Notes: a model not told the origin generated them from the letters alone. A stretch of 48,768 bases of DNA from an uncultured Eubacteriales bacterium (GCA_964643285.1 CAZXSP010000001.1:1-48768); one strand, 5' to 3'; shown: positions 28,859 to 36,981, counted from the first letter of the stretch. Numbers and translations are program-made.

Positions 28859-31555
28859 CTAGGTAAGTTTCCCGCAACAGTTCTTGTATTTCAGCCCGCT
28901 TCCGCAAGGGCAGGGGTCATTTCTTCCGACTTTTCCGCCGGTTTTCGCCCTCACTTTAACAGGCGCAGGTTTCGGTTGAGCCGGTCTTGGTTTTTGGGAT
29001 TCCCCGTCTTTCGCTATGGCCACCCTGTAGACATAACGGGCCGTGTCTTCTTCGATGTTTTGAATCCTAGCCTGAAACATTTCGTAGCCTTGCTTTGTGT
29101 ATTCCACCAACGGGTTTTTTTGGCCGTAAGCTACCAGGCCGATGCCTTCACGCAAGTCGGTCATGGCGCCCAGTTGTTCTACCCATTGGCGGTCAACTAC
29201 CCTTAACAGAATGAGCCTTAGGAAGTCTTTCGCCTGATGGCCCATGAGCGCAAGCTTCCCCAAAAATGCCTTGTTGAAAACCTCATCCAAGGCTTGGCGC
29301 AGCGCAGGTCTACTGACGGCATTTGTGATGATTTCCAAGGGGCAATCAGGGAAAACATCTCTAATATAGGCGGCCAAAGTATCCAAATCGACCTCTTCTT
29401 TGTTTGAGGCTTCGGGCCAGTGCAAATCTAGCGCCCTATCCAATACGCGTACCACCATATCCCAAACAACCGGGGTAAGGTCTTCTTCGAACATGGCTTG
29501 GCGCCTTTCACCGTAAATGACTTCTCGCTGCTTATTAAGAACGTTATCGTACTCAAGTACGTCCCGCCTAATGGAGAAGTTGTGAGACTCTATTCTCTTT
29601 TGCGCCGTTTCCACAGATTTCGATACAAGCGGATGTTCAATGGGCTCGTCTTCAGAAAACCCTATGCGATCCATAAGCGTCGACAACATATCGCCGCCGA
29701 AAAGCCTCATGAGTTCATCTTCCAGAGACAGATAGAACCTGGATGAACCCGGGTCGCCTTGTCTCCCTGCACGTCCCAGCAGCTGATTGTCAATACGGCG
29801 GGCTTCGTGTCGTTCCGTGCCCAAGACGTGCAGACCGCCCACTTCAACGACTTCATCGTGCTCCAGGTCGGTGGTAGTCTTAAATTTGGAAAACAGTTCA
29901 GGGTACTTTGCCCGCGCTTCAACAACCTGTTCCAAGAACTCATCAAGCTGGCCGCTTTGCACTTGTTGTGTTACATCATGAGGCAAGACTTTCTCGGCCG
30001 CCATTTCCACAACTGACGGGTCATAACCCTCCTGACGCAAAGCTTTTCTGGCAAGAAAATCGGGGTTCCCGCCCAACAGTATGTCGGTTCCCCGTCCCGC
30101 CATATTCGTGGCGATTGTTACGCTGGCTTTTCGCCCCGCCTGGGCCACAATTTCGGCCTCTTTTTCGTGGTGTTTGGCGTTTAGCACCTGGTGAGGGATG
30201 CCGCGCCTTTTGAGAAGCGACGAGACCAGCTCGGATTTTTCTATGGACCTGGTTCCCACAAGGACAGGACGGCCTTGTTCGTGGCATTGTGCGATTTCGT
30301 CGACAACCGCATTGTATTTCGCCTTCTCTGTTTTCCAGATAGAGTCGGCCATGATATCCCTTATAAGGGTTTGGTTAGTAGGGATTGAAACCACATCGAG
30401 CCCGTAGATTTCTCGAAATTCCGGTTCCTCGGTTAAAGCAGTGCCTGTCATACCCGAAAGCTTTTTGTACATCCTAAAGTAATTTTGCACCGTAATGGTG
30501 GCCAACGTGTCGCTTTCTTCCTTAACTTGTACGCCCTCTTTGGCTTCTATGGCTTGATGAAGCCCATCGGAATATCGGCGTCCCGGCAGAATCCTGCCGG
30601 TAAATTCGTCGACGATGAGGATTTCACCGTCTTTAACAACATAATCAACGTCACGCTGCATGAGTTCTTTGGCCCTCAAGGCTTGGCGTATATACGCGTG
30701 CAAGCCGATATTCTGTTCCGAATCAAGCCGGCCTTCACCCAGCCAGTCTTCAGCCCGCCTGTCACCCTCATCTGTCATGACAACAATGCGGGCCTTTTCA
30801 TCCACGGTGTAATCTGTATCCCGTTTTAACGCCGACGCGAGTCCCATGAATCTTTGGTATTTGTCGGTAGAGCCCTCACTTGGCCCCGAAATAATGAGGG
30901 GAGTTCTGGCCTCATCTACTAGAATCGAGTCCACTTCGTCGATGATGGCATAGTCTAGGGCGCTTTGAACAACATCCTGTTTGTTCCACGCCATGTTATC
31001 TCTAAGGTAATCAAAACCGAATTCAGAGTTCGTGCCGTAGATTATGGGGCACGAATAAGAGTGCCGTTTTGCGGCACTGTCCATACCGGGCACAACAAGC
31101 CCGACCTCTAACCCAAGGAAACGATGAACCTGACCCATCCATTCCCTATCTCTTTTGGCCAAATAGTCGTTAACAGTGATCACATGCACGGTTCTTCCGC
31201 CCACTGCATTCAAATAAGAAGGCAACGTGGCTACCAAGGTTTTGCCTTCGCCGGTCTGCATCTCGGCTATCCGACCCTGGTGCAACACGGCCGCGCCAAT
31301 GATTTGAACGTCAAACGGCCTCATATCCAAAACCCTGAAAGCGACTTCTCTCACAACGGCGAAAACTTCCGGCAAAATTCTGTCCATATTCTCGCCGTTT
31401 TCCAGCCGTAGGCGAAATTCAGCCGTTTTAGCCGCCAAATCGGCATCGCTGAGGCCTTTTACAACATGCTCTTGTGCGGATACCGCATCCAGGATGGGTT
31501 TTATCTTCTTAAGTTCGCGTTCATTGGGGTTAAACATTTTTTTAAGAAATGACAC
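28859..31555 (-). CDS. secA: preprotein translocase ATPase SecA
   Basis: 898 aa with motifs MQTGEGKT, DEVDSILVDEARTPLIISG and TNMAGRGTDI, plus a C-terminal zinc motif CPCGSGLKYKNCCG. Confidence 0.98.
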   Translation of the reverse strand: MSFLKKMFNPNERELKKIKPILDAVSAQEHVVKGLSDADLAAKTAEFRLRLENGENMDRILPEVFAVVREVAFRVLDMRPFDVQIIGAAVLHQGRIAEMQTGEGKTLVATLPSYLNAVGGRTVHVITVNDYLAKRDREWMGQVHRFLGLEVGLVVPGMDSAAKRHSYSCPIIYGTNSEFGFDYLRDNMAWNKQDVVQSALDYAIIDEVDSILVDEARTPLIISGPSEGSTDKYQRFMGLASALKRDTDYTVDEKARIVVMTDEGDRRAEDWLGEGRLDSEQNIGLHAYIRQALRAKELMQRDVDYVVKDGEILIVDEFTGRILPGRRYSDGLHQAIEAKEGVQVKEESDTLATITVQNYFRMYKKLSGMTGTALTEEPEFREIYGLDVVSIPTNQTLIRDIMADSIWKTEKAKYNAVVDEIAQCHEQGRPVLVGTRSIEKSELVSSLLKRRGIPHQVLNAKHHEKEAEIVAQAGRKASVTIATNMAGRGTDILLGGNPDFLARKALRQEGYDPSVVEMAAEKVLPHDVTQQVQSGQLDEFLEQVVEARAKYPELFSKFKTTTDLEHDEVVEVGGLHVLGTERHEARRIDNQLLGRAGRQGDPGSSRFYLSLEDELMRLFGGDMLSTLMDRIGFSEDEPIEHPLVSKSVETAQKRIESHNFSIRRDVLEYDNVLNKQREVIYGERRQAMFEEDLTPVVWDMVVRVLDRALDLHWPEASNKEEVDLDTLAAYIRDVFPDCPLEIITNAVSRPALRQALDEVFNKAFLGKLALMGHQAKDFLRLILLRVVDRQWVEQLGAMTDLREGIGLVAYGQKNPLVEYTKQGYEMFQARIQNIEEDTARYVYRVAIAKDGESQKPRPAQPKPAPVKVRAKTGGKVGRNDPCPCGSGLKYKNCCGKLT

Positions 31556-31573
31556 ATCAATACCCCCTGTCCC

Positions 31574-32152
31574 TCAGCTAATATTAGCATCAACTTCGGG
31601 CACAGGAAAACCGCGCAGCATGACGGCGATTATGAAAACAGCCACCCCCAGCCCCAGCACAAAGTCGCCCACACTTGCCACAGAGGGCTTAAACCCCGGC
31701 AGATTGAATCTATAATTGTCTGCCAAAAACGCCATTTTTGTATCGGGCCCGAGCACCTGATGTGTCAAACTGGATGCCAGTTTCGCGGTTTCCGCCGGTA
31801 ATCTTTCAGGTGAAAGACCGTCTAAGCGTACGGGCATACGGCCTTGGTTAACCGCCTCAACCAGCAAGTTCAGAAACGAGCCTAGCCAAATGGACTTAAA
31901 ACCGAGTAAACGCAAACTGGGGTACAAAGAGTAGAAAAGAAGTCCGTAAGAAAGGAGAGAAACTCCAAAAGCCAGGTATTTGTGGGTGCCAAAAATCCCC
32001 AACCGGGAATACGCGGGCAGGATGCTTAAAATGAAAGATGCCATGAGGAACCAAAACCGGGGAATTTGAATGTCTCCTAAACGGGTCAGCTTCCCTCCCA
32101 AACACAGTCCGACCAAAAGCCCCGCTATCACAAACAATCCGAATACGCTCAT
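31574..32152 (-). CDS. DUF5317-like integral membrane protein
   Basis: 192 aa with about 5 TM segments, a QGRMPV motif and a C-terminal SVGDFVLGLG motif. Its ATG overlaps the HD-GYP stop (ATGA). The family call is from memory. Confidence 0.6.
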   Translation of the reverse strand: MSVFGLFVIAGLLVGLCLGGKLTRLGDIQIPRFWFLMASFILSILPAYSRLGIFGTHKYLAFGVSLLSYGLLFYSLYPSLRLLGFKSIWLGSFLNLLVEAVNQGRMPVRLDGLSPERLPAETAKLASSLTHQVLGPDTKMAFLADNYRFNLPGFKPSVASVGDFVLGLGVAVFIIAVMLRGFPVPEVDANIS

Positions 32153-33399
32153 TTATCCCGTTCGGCTATGAGTTTGTCGATGACTTTAATCATGGGAGGC
32201 ACTAATCCCGGGTCAAATTGGCTGCCGCTGCAACGGATAATCTCTTCTTTGGCATCTTCAAAAGACATCCTCTTTTTGTACGGACGGTCAGTGGTCATGG
32301 CATCAAAAGAATCCGCCAAAGCAAGCATGCGCGCTTCCAAAGGAATGTCTTCCTTCTGTAGCCCGTCGGGAAACCCTTTTCCATCCCAACGCTCATGATG
32401 ATACTTGACCCAATCCTGACCTTTGCCAAGGGATTTCATGCCCGCCAGCATTTCGGCTCCCATTTTTGAGTGTTTTTTCATTTCCTGATATTCTTCGTAG
32501 GTAAAAGCCCCGGGTTTCTTCATGATCGCGTCGCGGATGCCTACCTTACCCACATCGTGCAATAGCCCCACATATTTCATGAGATCAATTTTATCGTCAG
32601 TCATTTTGAGTTCTTTTGCCAACATCGCGGCATACTCAGATACCCTCTCAGAATGTCCCCTTGTATAAGAGTCTCTGACATCTATGGCGTTACTGAGAGC
32701 GCCCGCCATTTCGTCGTAAGCTTCTCTAAGGTCGTTGTATTTTTCCAAAGAATATTTGGCTACCAGAAGCGGCACCCAGAACAACAACAAATACCAAGGT
32801 TCCCCCTGTACGCTTACAACGGTCATAAGCACTCCTACCGGTATCAAGGCAAAAATGTTGGGCAGGCTCCAAGTGATGTTTTGCCGCCAGACGCTCAAAA
32901 AAGAGGTCTTCAACATCGAGGCGAAACCTATGGAAACGATCACCGAATTGGCAACGTTGAACACCGCCGCGCCTACGACCAAGGCGGCAAGATCCCTCCA
33001 CCCGCCAAAAGCCCCGATTCTGCCACCCAGGCCCCCATAAACCAAAGAAAACGCGTGCGCCGACAAAACCAGCATCCCGCGGTTGAATAATACGATGTGA
33101 AGAGGTACTTGCCCCAATAAATCTTTCTTCCTGAGGGTGGCCACGCTTGCTATCCAAACCACATATTCGGGCCCGAGAAACACTGCGATGGTAAACAACA
33201 AAGGGGTTGTAACGGAAACGCTACCCTTACCCCGGGGGACAGGAACCGGGGAAAACTCGCCCAGCACCACAAGAAAAGCCAAAAACGCGGCGTTAAACAG
33301 CTGGCGACTAAAATCTGGAACATTAGTGGCCAATATGTAAAAACCTAACGCAGCCACCGCATAGCAGTATGCCTTAAACATACTTTGTCTTTGTTCCAT
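32149..33399 (-). CDS. membrane-anchored HD-GYP c-di-GMP phosphodiesterase
   Basis: 416 aa with an N-terminal ~220-aa polytopic domain. The HD-GYP domain carries RGHSERV, GLLHDVGK and HHERWDGKGFPDGL, where GYP is replaced by GFP. Confidence 0.88.
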   Translation of the reverse strand: MEQRQSMFKAYCYAVAALGFYILATNVPDFSRQLFNAAFLAFLVVLGEFSPVPVPRGKGSVSVTTPLLFTIAVFLGPEYVVWIASVATLRKKDLLGQVPLHIVLFNRGMLVLSAHAFSLVYGGLGGRIGAFGGWRDLAALVVGAAVFNVANSVIVSIGFASMLKTSFLSVWRQNITWSLPNIFALIPVGVLMTVVSVQGEPWYLLLFWVPLLVAKYSLEKYNDLREAYDEMAGALSNAIDVRDSYTRGHSERVSEYAAMLAKELKMTDDKIDLMKYVGLLHDVGKVGIRDAIMKKPGAFTYEEYQEMKKHSKMGAEMLAGMKSLGKGQDWVKYHHERWDGKGFPDGLQKEDIPLEARMLALADSFDAMTTDRPYKKRMSFEDAKEEIIRCSGSQFDPGLVPPMIKVIDKLIAERDK

Positions 33400-33441
33400 T
33401 AATGGGCCCCCACAATCAACCGGCAGTGCCCGATTACACTA

Positions 33442-33519
33442 TCAGCCCAACTGCCACACAGAAGCTCCCGCAAAAATCATGGCAAAAATGGCGAGAAGAA
33501 CTTTTACGAGCTTGTTCAC
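33442..33519 (-). CDS. candidate 25-aa hydrophobic micro-protein (M/V)NKLVKVLLAIFAMIFAGASVWQLG
   Basis: GTG at 33519 with a perfect GGAGG 8 nt upstream. It encodes a single predicted TM helix and has a TGA stop 42 nt before the HD-GYP start. No homology evidence is available. Confidence 0.35.
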   Translation of the reverse strand: MNKLVKVLLAIFAMIFAGASVWQLG

Positions 33520-33652
33520 GAGCGAAACCTCCGGAGTTAAGCATCTCCGAACCGCTAGCCCGGATTTTGGCCTCCGCTTCAGTAAACAGCCACTGCCGGT
33601 TGTGCAATGTTTTCTACGTTTCTCGGCTTTTTCCCTTTTCCGACACTGTCTA

Positions 33653-34306
33653 TTAAAAGTCGCCCTCCAAAAGTTGCGAGAACCTGCGATTAAGCGCATC
33701 TAAAGTCGCTTTAACGACCGCCTCCCTGTCATCCAACGACACAGGGCAAGAGCCGGTAAGAATCTCGTCCCTGCCCGCGGCCGAAACGGCTAAAGATACT
33801 AAACAGACCCTTAACTCTTTGATCGTGGTAATGGCGACGTCCTGCAGATAAAAACACACTTTAGGTCCCACGAACTGGGACAGGGCATCCATGGTTGCAC
33901 AGGCTGCCATTTTCAGCCAGTTCCTGGGTGTGGGCGCCCCCTGCCTTGCGCCCCGGGCTTCAGTATCAGCTAACTTGAGATGAACCACTACTTCGGCGCC
34001 ATCGGGTTGGGACACAATTTCAATTTTTACGATTTGCACCCGGTTTTGGACGTGGGGTACTGCGCCTTCCCCTATCTGGGCTACGGAAATTTTGCGCCGA
34101 TCCAAGGCCACCCCAAAAGCTACCATAATCGCGGATTCAACATCCCTGATTATGTACTTTACTGCCCGCCCCGAACTGGCAAGTATATGTATCTCCTCAA
34201 TTGAGCCGGTTTCTCCGCTTACAACCCTTGCGCCCATTACATCTTTAATGCGTTTCAACACCGTCTCACAGTCTGAAATAGGAAAAGCCCGGCTCAATTC
34301 TGACAC
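33653..34306 (-). CDS. uncharacterised 217-aa protein (C-terminal half resembles an ACT/LeuA-dimer-like regulatory fold by eye)
   Basis: GTG start with AAGGTG 5 nt upstream. The composition is soluble. The ORF is clean with no better alternative on either strand. The pattern ...GARQGAPTPRNWLKMAACATMDAL...GSCPVSLDDREAVVKATLDALNRR recalls duplicated beta-alpha-beta regulatory domains. Confidence 0.6.
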   Translation of the reverse strand: MSELSRAFPISDCETVLKRIKDVMGARVVSGETGSIEEIHILASSGRAVKYIIRDVESAIMVAFGVALDRRKISVAQIGEGAVPHVQNRVQIVKIEIVSQPDGAEVVVHLKLADTEARGARQGAPTPRNWLKMAACATMDALSQFVGPKVCFYLQDVAITTIKELRVCLVSLAVSAAGRDEILTGSCPVSLDDREAVVKATLDALNRRFSQLLEGDF

Positions 34307-34349
34307 GACATCACCTTCTTAGCCTGTCAAAACGTTTTATGTGTTTCAA

Positions 34350-35504
34350 TTATCTGGACAAAACGAAGGTATTATGACGATACCCCGAATCCTCTTTTTC
34401 TTTGGCGATTAGCTCTGCCATAACCCAAAGCCCCGCTGCTACGAGGCTATGTCCTCCGAGTACAACCGGTATATCGGATTCCATGGCACATCTGGTGAAT
34501 TCCCTCGTCCAAGGGTCTTCTATGAGCTGATAATTCCCCAAGTCAGATTGAAACCTGTCCCAGTCGGACAAATGCTTTCTAAGGTGGCTGAATATAACCC
34601 TGGTATCGATGAAAGCCACGTCTGATACTGCGCTTAGGTACTTGAAAAATTTTTCCGGGCCTACTTCGCTGACGAAAAACCCAAGGAGGGATAAAACCTC
34701 TCCCCGATCTTCCCTTCCCAATGCCTTCATACCTCTTTCTTCGGAAAAAACCCGCATCCTGTGAACCATATTCGCGTTTATATACTGGATAACAGAGGGG
34801 CCGACCCTGCCCACGACCGCCACTTCCTTAGAAGACTCTTTCAACAAAGAAAAGGCCTTCTCGATTTTGTCAAGCGGCCAATCCAAAGCATCTATGGCCT
34901 TTTTTGTTCTGTGACCGCAGTCCGGATGCATACCCAAGATCAAAATATCGGTGGGGGTATCCAAATCGAAATTGACACGCCCTGAATTGGGAACCAAAAC
35001 CCGCCGCATCCCTATGTCCCGCAAAAAGTTCCCCAGCGGATTATCTTTATCGGGGAGCTCGATTTCGTCGATAGCACGTGCCGGAGCAAAAGCGACCAGG
35101 TCAGCAGACTGCACGTTGTTCATTATGACAAGATTTCGTTCGCGCTTTAGCGTTTGCGCAATATCTGAAAACTCTTGCGCATAAACCAGGGGAGCGGCCG
35201 CGCCCCCCATATATATTACGTTTTCCAAGCCCCATGACACTATGATCTCCCTAAGCCGCCTTCCAAAGTGAAACCCGGGGCTTTGGGGGCCTTCGAAATC
35301 AACTTGAACACCAAGATCGCGGGCCGACTGGGCCAAATCGGCGTAGTTGGTGGCCAATATTACGCGGTCTATTGAATCGACTGTCTTTAGCTTTTCAAGG
35401 GTATCCAAAACCACAGAGCGTCTTACCGTCGTTATAATTTCGTCAAGCGAGGTTTTGGCTTGTCCTCCCTCAAATACCAATGCAGTCACTTTAGGCTGAA
35501 ACAT
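34350..35504 (-). CDS. uncharacterised 384-aa protein; N-terminal CofC/MobA-like nucleotidyltransferase-fold signature, C-terminal domain unknown
   Basis: The ATG at 35504 has AGGAG 6 nt upstream, overlapping the hpf stop. N-terminal motifs ALVFEGGQAKTSL...VVLDTL...DRVILATN...FDLDTPTD resemble the AK(S/T)RL / DTL / D(I/L)DTP pattern of the CofC, MobA and DUF2064 families. Confidence 0.7.
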   Translation of the reverse strand: MFQPKVTALVFEGGQAKTSLDEIITTVRRSVVLDTLEKLKTVDSIDRVILATNYADLAQSARDLGVQVDFEGPQSPGFHFGRRLREIIVSWGLENVIYMGGAAAPLVYAQEFSDIAQTLKRERNLVIMNNVQSADLVAFAPARAIDEIELPDKDNPLGNFLRDIGMRRVLVPNSGRVNFDLDTPTDILILGMHPDCGHRTKKAIDALDWPLDKIEKAFSLLKESSKEVAVVGRVGPSVIQYINANMVHRMRVFSEERGMKALGREDRGEVLSLLGFFVSEVGPEKFFKYLSAVSDVAFIDTRVIFSHLRKHLSDWDRFQSDLGNYQLIEDPWTREFTRCAMESDIPVVLGGHSLVAAGLWVMAELIAKEKEDSGYRHNTFVLSR

Positions 35505-35513
35505 AACCGGCTC

Positions 35514-36029
35514 CTAGCCTTCTGGCTCGATGAGGCCGTAATCCCCATCTTTTCTGCGGTAAACGACATTCACCAAATTGGTTTCGGCATTCAAGAACAC
35601 GAAAAAATCATGGCCAAGGAGTTCCATCTGCATGGCAGCTTCCTCAGGGTCCATGGGCTTGATAGCGAATCTTTTCACCCGAACTACACGGCCGATTTCC
35701 GCGGCTTGCGTGTGTGTTTGAGGCAGCACTTCACCTTTGTCGCGCCTTTGAATCTTGGTACGGTATTTTTGAATCTGTTTCTCAAGCTTGCCGGTTACCA
35801 GGTCCACAACGGATAACGCATCGCGGGCCGAATCTTCCGCTCTTACGATGTAGCCGTTCAAAGTGACAGTAACTTCCAAAACATGGTTCTCTCTCTGCGT
35901 GGAAAAAGTAGCATGGCATGAAAGGGGCGGCTGCCGGAGGTATTTTTCGATCTTGCACAATTTCTTCTCGGCGTAATCTCGCAAAGCCGGGCTAATATCA
36001 ATGTTTTTACCTCTGATAACGATTTCCAC
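35514..36029 (-). CDS. hpf: ribosome hibernation promoting factor, long form
   Basis: From the GTG at 36029 (AGGGGG 7 nt upstream) the protein reads VEIVIRGKNIDISPALRDYAEKKL, the canonical HPF N-terminus. It has the C-terminal dimerisation domain (RVKRFAIKPMDPEEAAMQMELLGHDFFVFLN). The ORF-track start at 36149 adds 40 implausible residues. Confidence 0.9.
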   Translation of the reverse strand: MEIVIRGKNIDISPALRDYAEKKLCKIEKYLRQPPLSCHATFSTQRENHVLEVTVTLNGYIVRAEDSARDALSVVDLVTGKLEKQIQKYRTKIQRRDKGEVLPQTHTQAAEIGRVVRVKRFAIKPMDPEEAAMQMELLGHDFFVFLNAETNLVNVVYRRKDGDYGLIEPEG

Positions 36030-36063
36030 TGTTTTACCCCCTACTTCCCATTTAACATATATT

Positions 36064-36088
36064 ATTCCCCTAACCATGGGGAAATCCT
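36064..36088 (-). promoter_or_regulatory. sigma-H-like promoter upstream of hpf (AAGGATTT ... GGGGAATAA)
   Basis: On the minus strand, AGGA is at 36088-36085 and GAAT at 36067-36064, separated by 17 nt. This fits RnAGGAwww-N11-12-RnnGAAT. B. subtilis hpf (yvyD) is known to be sigma-H and sigma-B dependent. Confidence 0.4.
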
Positions 36089-36139
36089 TCCAAGCTTGCG
36101 TTTGATCGAACGCGGGGACGAAAATTCGACCATTTACGG

Positions 36140-36212
36140 CAATCCACAATAATATCCCCAGGCCAAACCGTCCCGTACCTGCTTATCAACAGAGTTATCC
36201 ACAGTATCCACA
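36140..36212 (+). promoter_or_regulatory. cluster of four same-orientation DnaA-box-like 9-mers
   Basis: CAATCCACA (36140-48, 2 mismatches), TTATCAACA (36183-91, 1 mismatch), TTATCCACA (36195-203, perfect) and GTATCCACA (36204-12, 1 mismatch), compared with the consensus TTATCCACA. They lie between the hpf and cspA promoters. Confidence 0.4.
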
Positions 36213-36235
36213 GCACCAGCACATCCAAATGTCTG

Positions 36236-36264
36236 TTGACGGCCCGTTCGGGGCATGCTATAGT
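36236..36264 (+). promoter_or_regulatory. sigma-A promoter of cspA with extended -10 (TTGACG-17-TGcTATAGT)
   Basis: TTGACG at 36236-41, a 17-nt spacer, TG at 36256-57 and TATAGT at 36259-64. It lies about 75 nt upstream of the cspA ATG. Confidence 0.6.
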
Positions 36265-36339
36265 TCGGAACGAGCGCAAAGCTCCAGGAGACGACGTGGC
36301 CGGGACCCGTTGTCATGGAATTAGGAGGAATGTCCCGAA

Positions 36340-36540
36340 ATGCAAGGTAAAGTAAAATGGTTTAACGCGGAAAAAGGTTATGGATTTATCGAGCGCGACG
36401 ACGGGCCCGACGTTTTCGTGCACTACACTGCCATCCAAACTGATGGTTTTCGTACACTCAACCAAGGCGATCTAGTAGAATTCGAAATCGTAGATGGCCC
36501 AAAAGGGCTGCAAGCAGCCAACGTATCCATCGTCTCGTAA
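36340..36540 (+). CDS. cspA: cold-shock protein (CspA family)
   Basis: 66 aa with [18 protein letters not shown] (RNP1) and DVFVHY (RNP2). AGGAGG lies 11 nt upstream. Confidence 0.95.
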   Translation: MQGKVKWFNAEKGYGFIERDDGPDVFVHYTAIQTDGFRTLNQGDLVEFEIVDGPKGLQAANVSIVS

Positions 36541-36553
36541 AACATAGCGAGCG

Positions 36554-36581
36554 AAGCCCCGGGTAATCCCGGGGCTTTTTT
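36554..36581 (+). terminator. rho-independent terminator after cspA
   Basis: AAGCCCCGGG-TAAT-CCCGGGGCTT stem-loop followed by TTTTT. Confidence 0.85.
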
Positions 36582-36612
36582 GATCCTGCCTGAAACGACT
36601 AATAACGACAGT

Positions 36613-36981
36613 CTATTTAACCTTGTCAAAGCTTATGACCTTTGGGATTGCGCCTTTGTAGGCTGAAAGAACCTTCCTTGTGGCTAGTAAGCTTGTCACC
36701 GAATGCCGGTTGTGACTCATTTCAAGCTTTATCACTTTGGATATTTCCTTATCCATCTCCTGCACTTCGTTGATAATGCCAAAAATGTCCTGCCTGCACT
36801 CACAAGAACAAGAATCCATTACCCCAATAGTTTGGATTTTGTCTATCAGAGAGGAGCGCGTTTCCATTAAACGATCCAGCGACAAAAACTCGCCGTCTTT
36901 GGCTGTAACCAAACACGATTTTGTTATAGCCAAAAGCTCGCTATACAATTTCATGACGGCTTCACGGTCAACATGGTTCAT
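36613..36981 (-). CDS. FliT-like flagellar chaperone (positional assignment)
   Basis: 122 aa from the ATG at 36981, which overlaps the fliS stop (TAATG). The protein looks helical and occupies the fliT slot after fliD-fliS. No sequence motif was recognised. Confidence 0.45.
   Translation of the reverse strand: MNHVDREAVMKLYSELLAITKSCLVTAKDGEFLSLDRLMETRSSLIDKIQTIGVMDSCSCECRQDIFGIINEVQEMDKEISKVIKLEMSHNRHSVTSLLATRKVLSAYKGAIPKVISFDKVK

Noticed and set aside
28574-29206. 210-aa plus-strand ORF spanning the prfB/secA junction
   Set aside because: It is antisense to two essential, motif-confirmed genes and gives an implausible Phe/Ser/Arg-rich translation.
33520-33652. Possible c-di-GMP riboswitch upstream of the HD-GYP gene
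   Set aside because: I compared the minus-strand RNA by eye with the GEMM-I core (GGCAAACC..., ACGCAAAGC..CCGGGC). Only a loose CCGGGC match is present and no convincing P1/P2 architecture. It would need cmsearch to exclude fully.
33442-33699. Full 85-aa minus-strand ORF in the HD-GYP upstream spacer
   Set aside because: The N-terminal 60 residues are Arg/Lys/Cys-rich, overlap the stop of the 217-aa gene and have no RBS. Only the last 25 codons, which have a perfect GGAGG-8-GTG, were kept as a low-confidence micro-ORF.
36030-36149. N-terminal 40-codon extension of the hpf ORF
   Set aside because: The sequence is not HPF-like. A better GTG plus SD sits at 36029, and a sigma-H-like promoter lies inside the extension.
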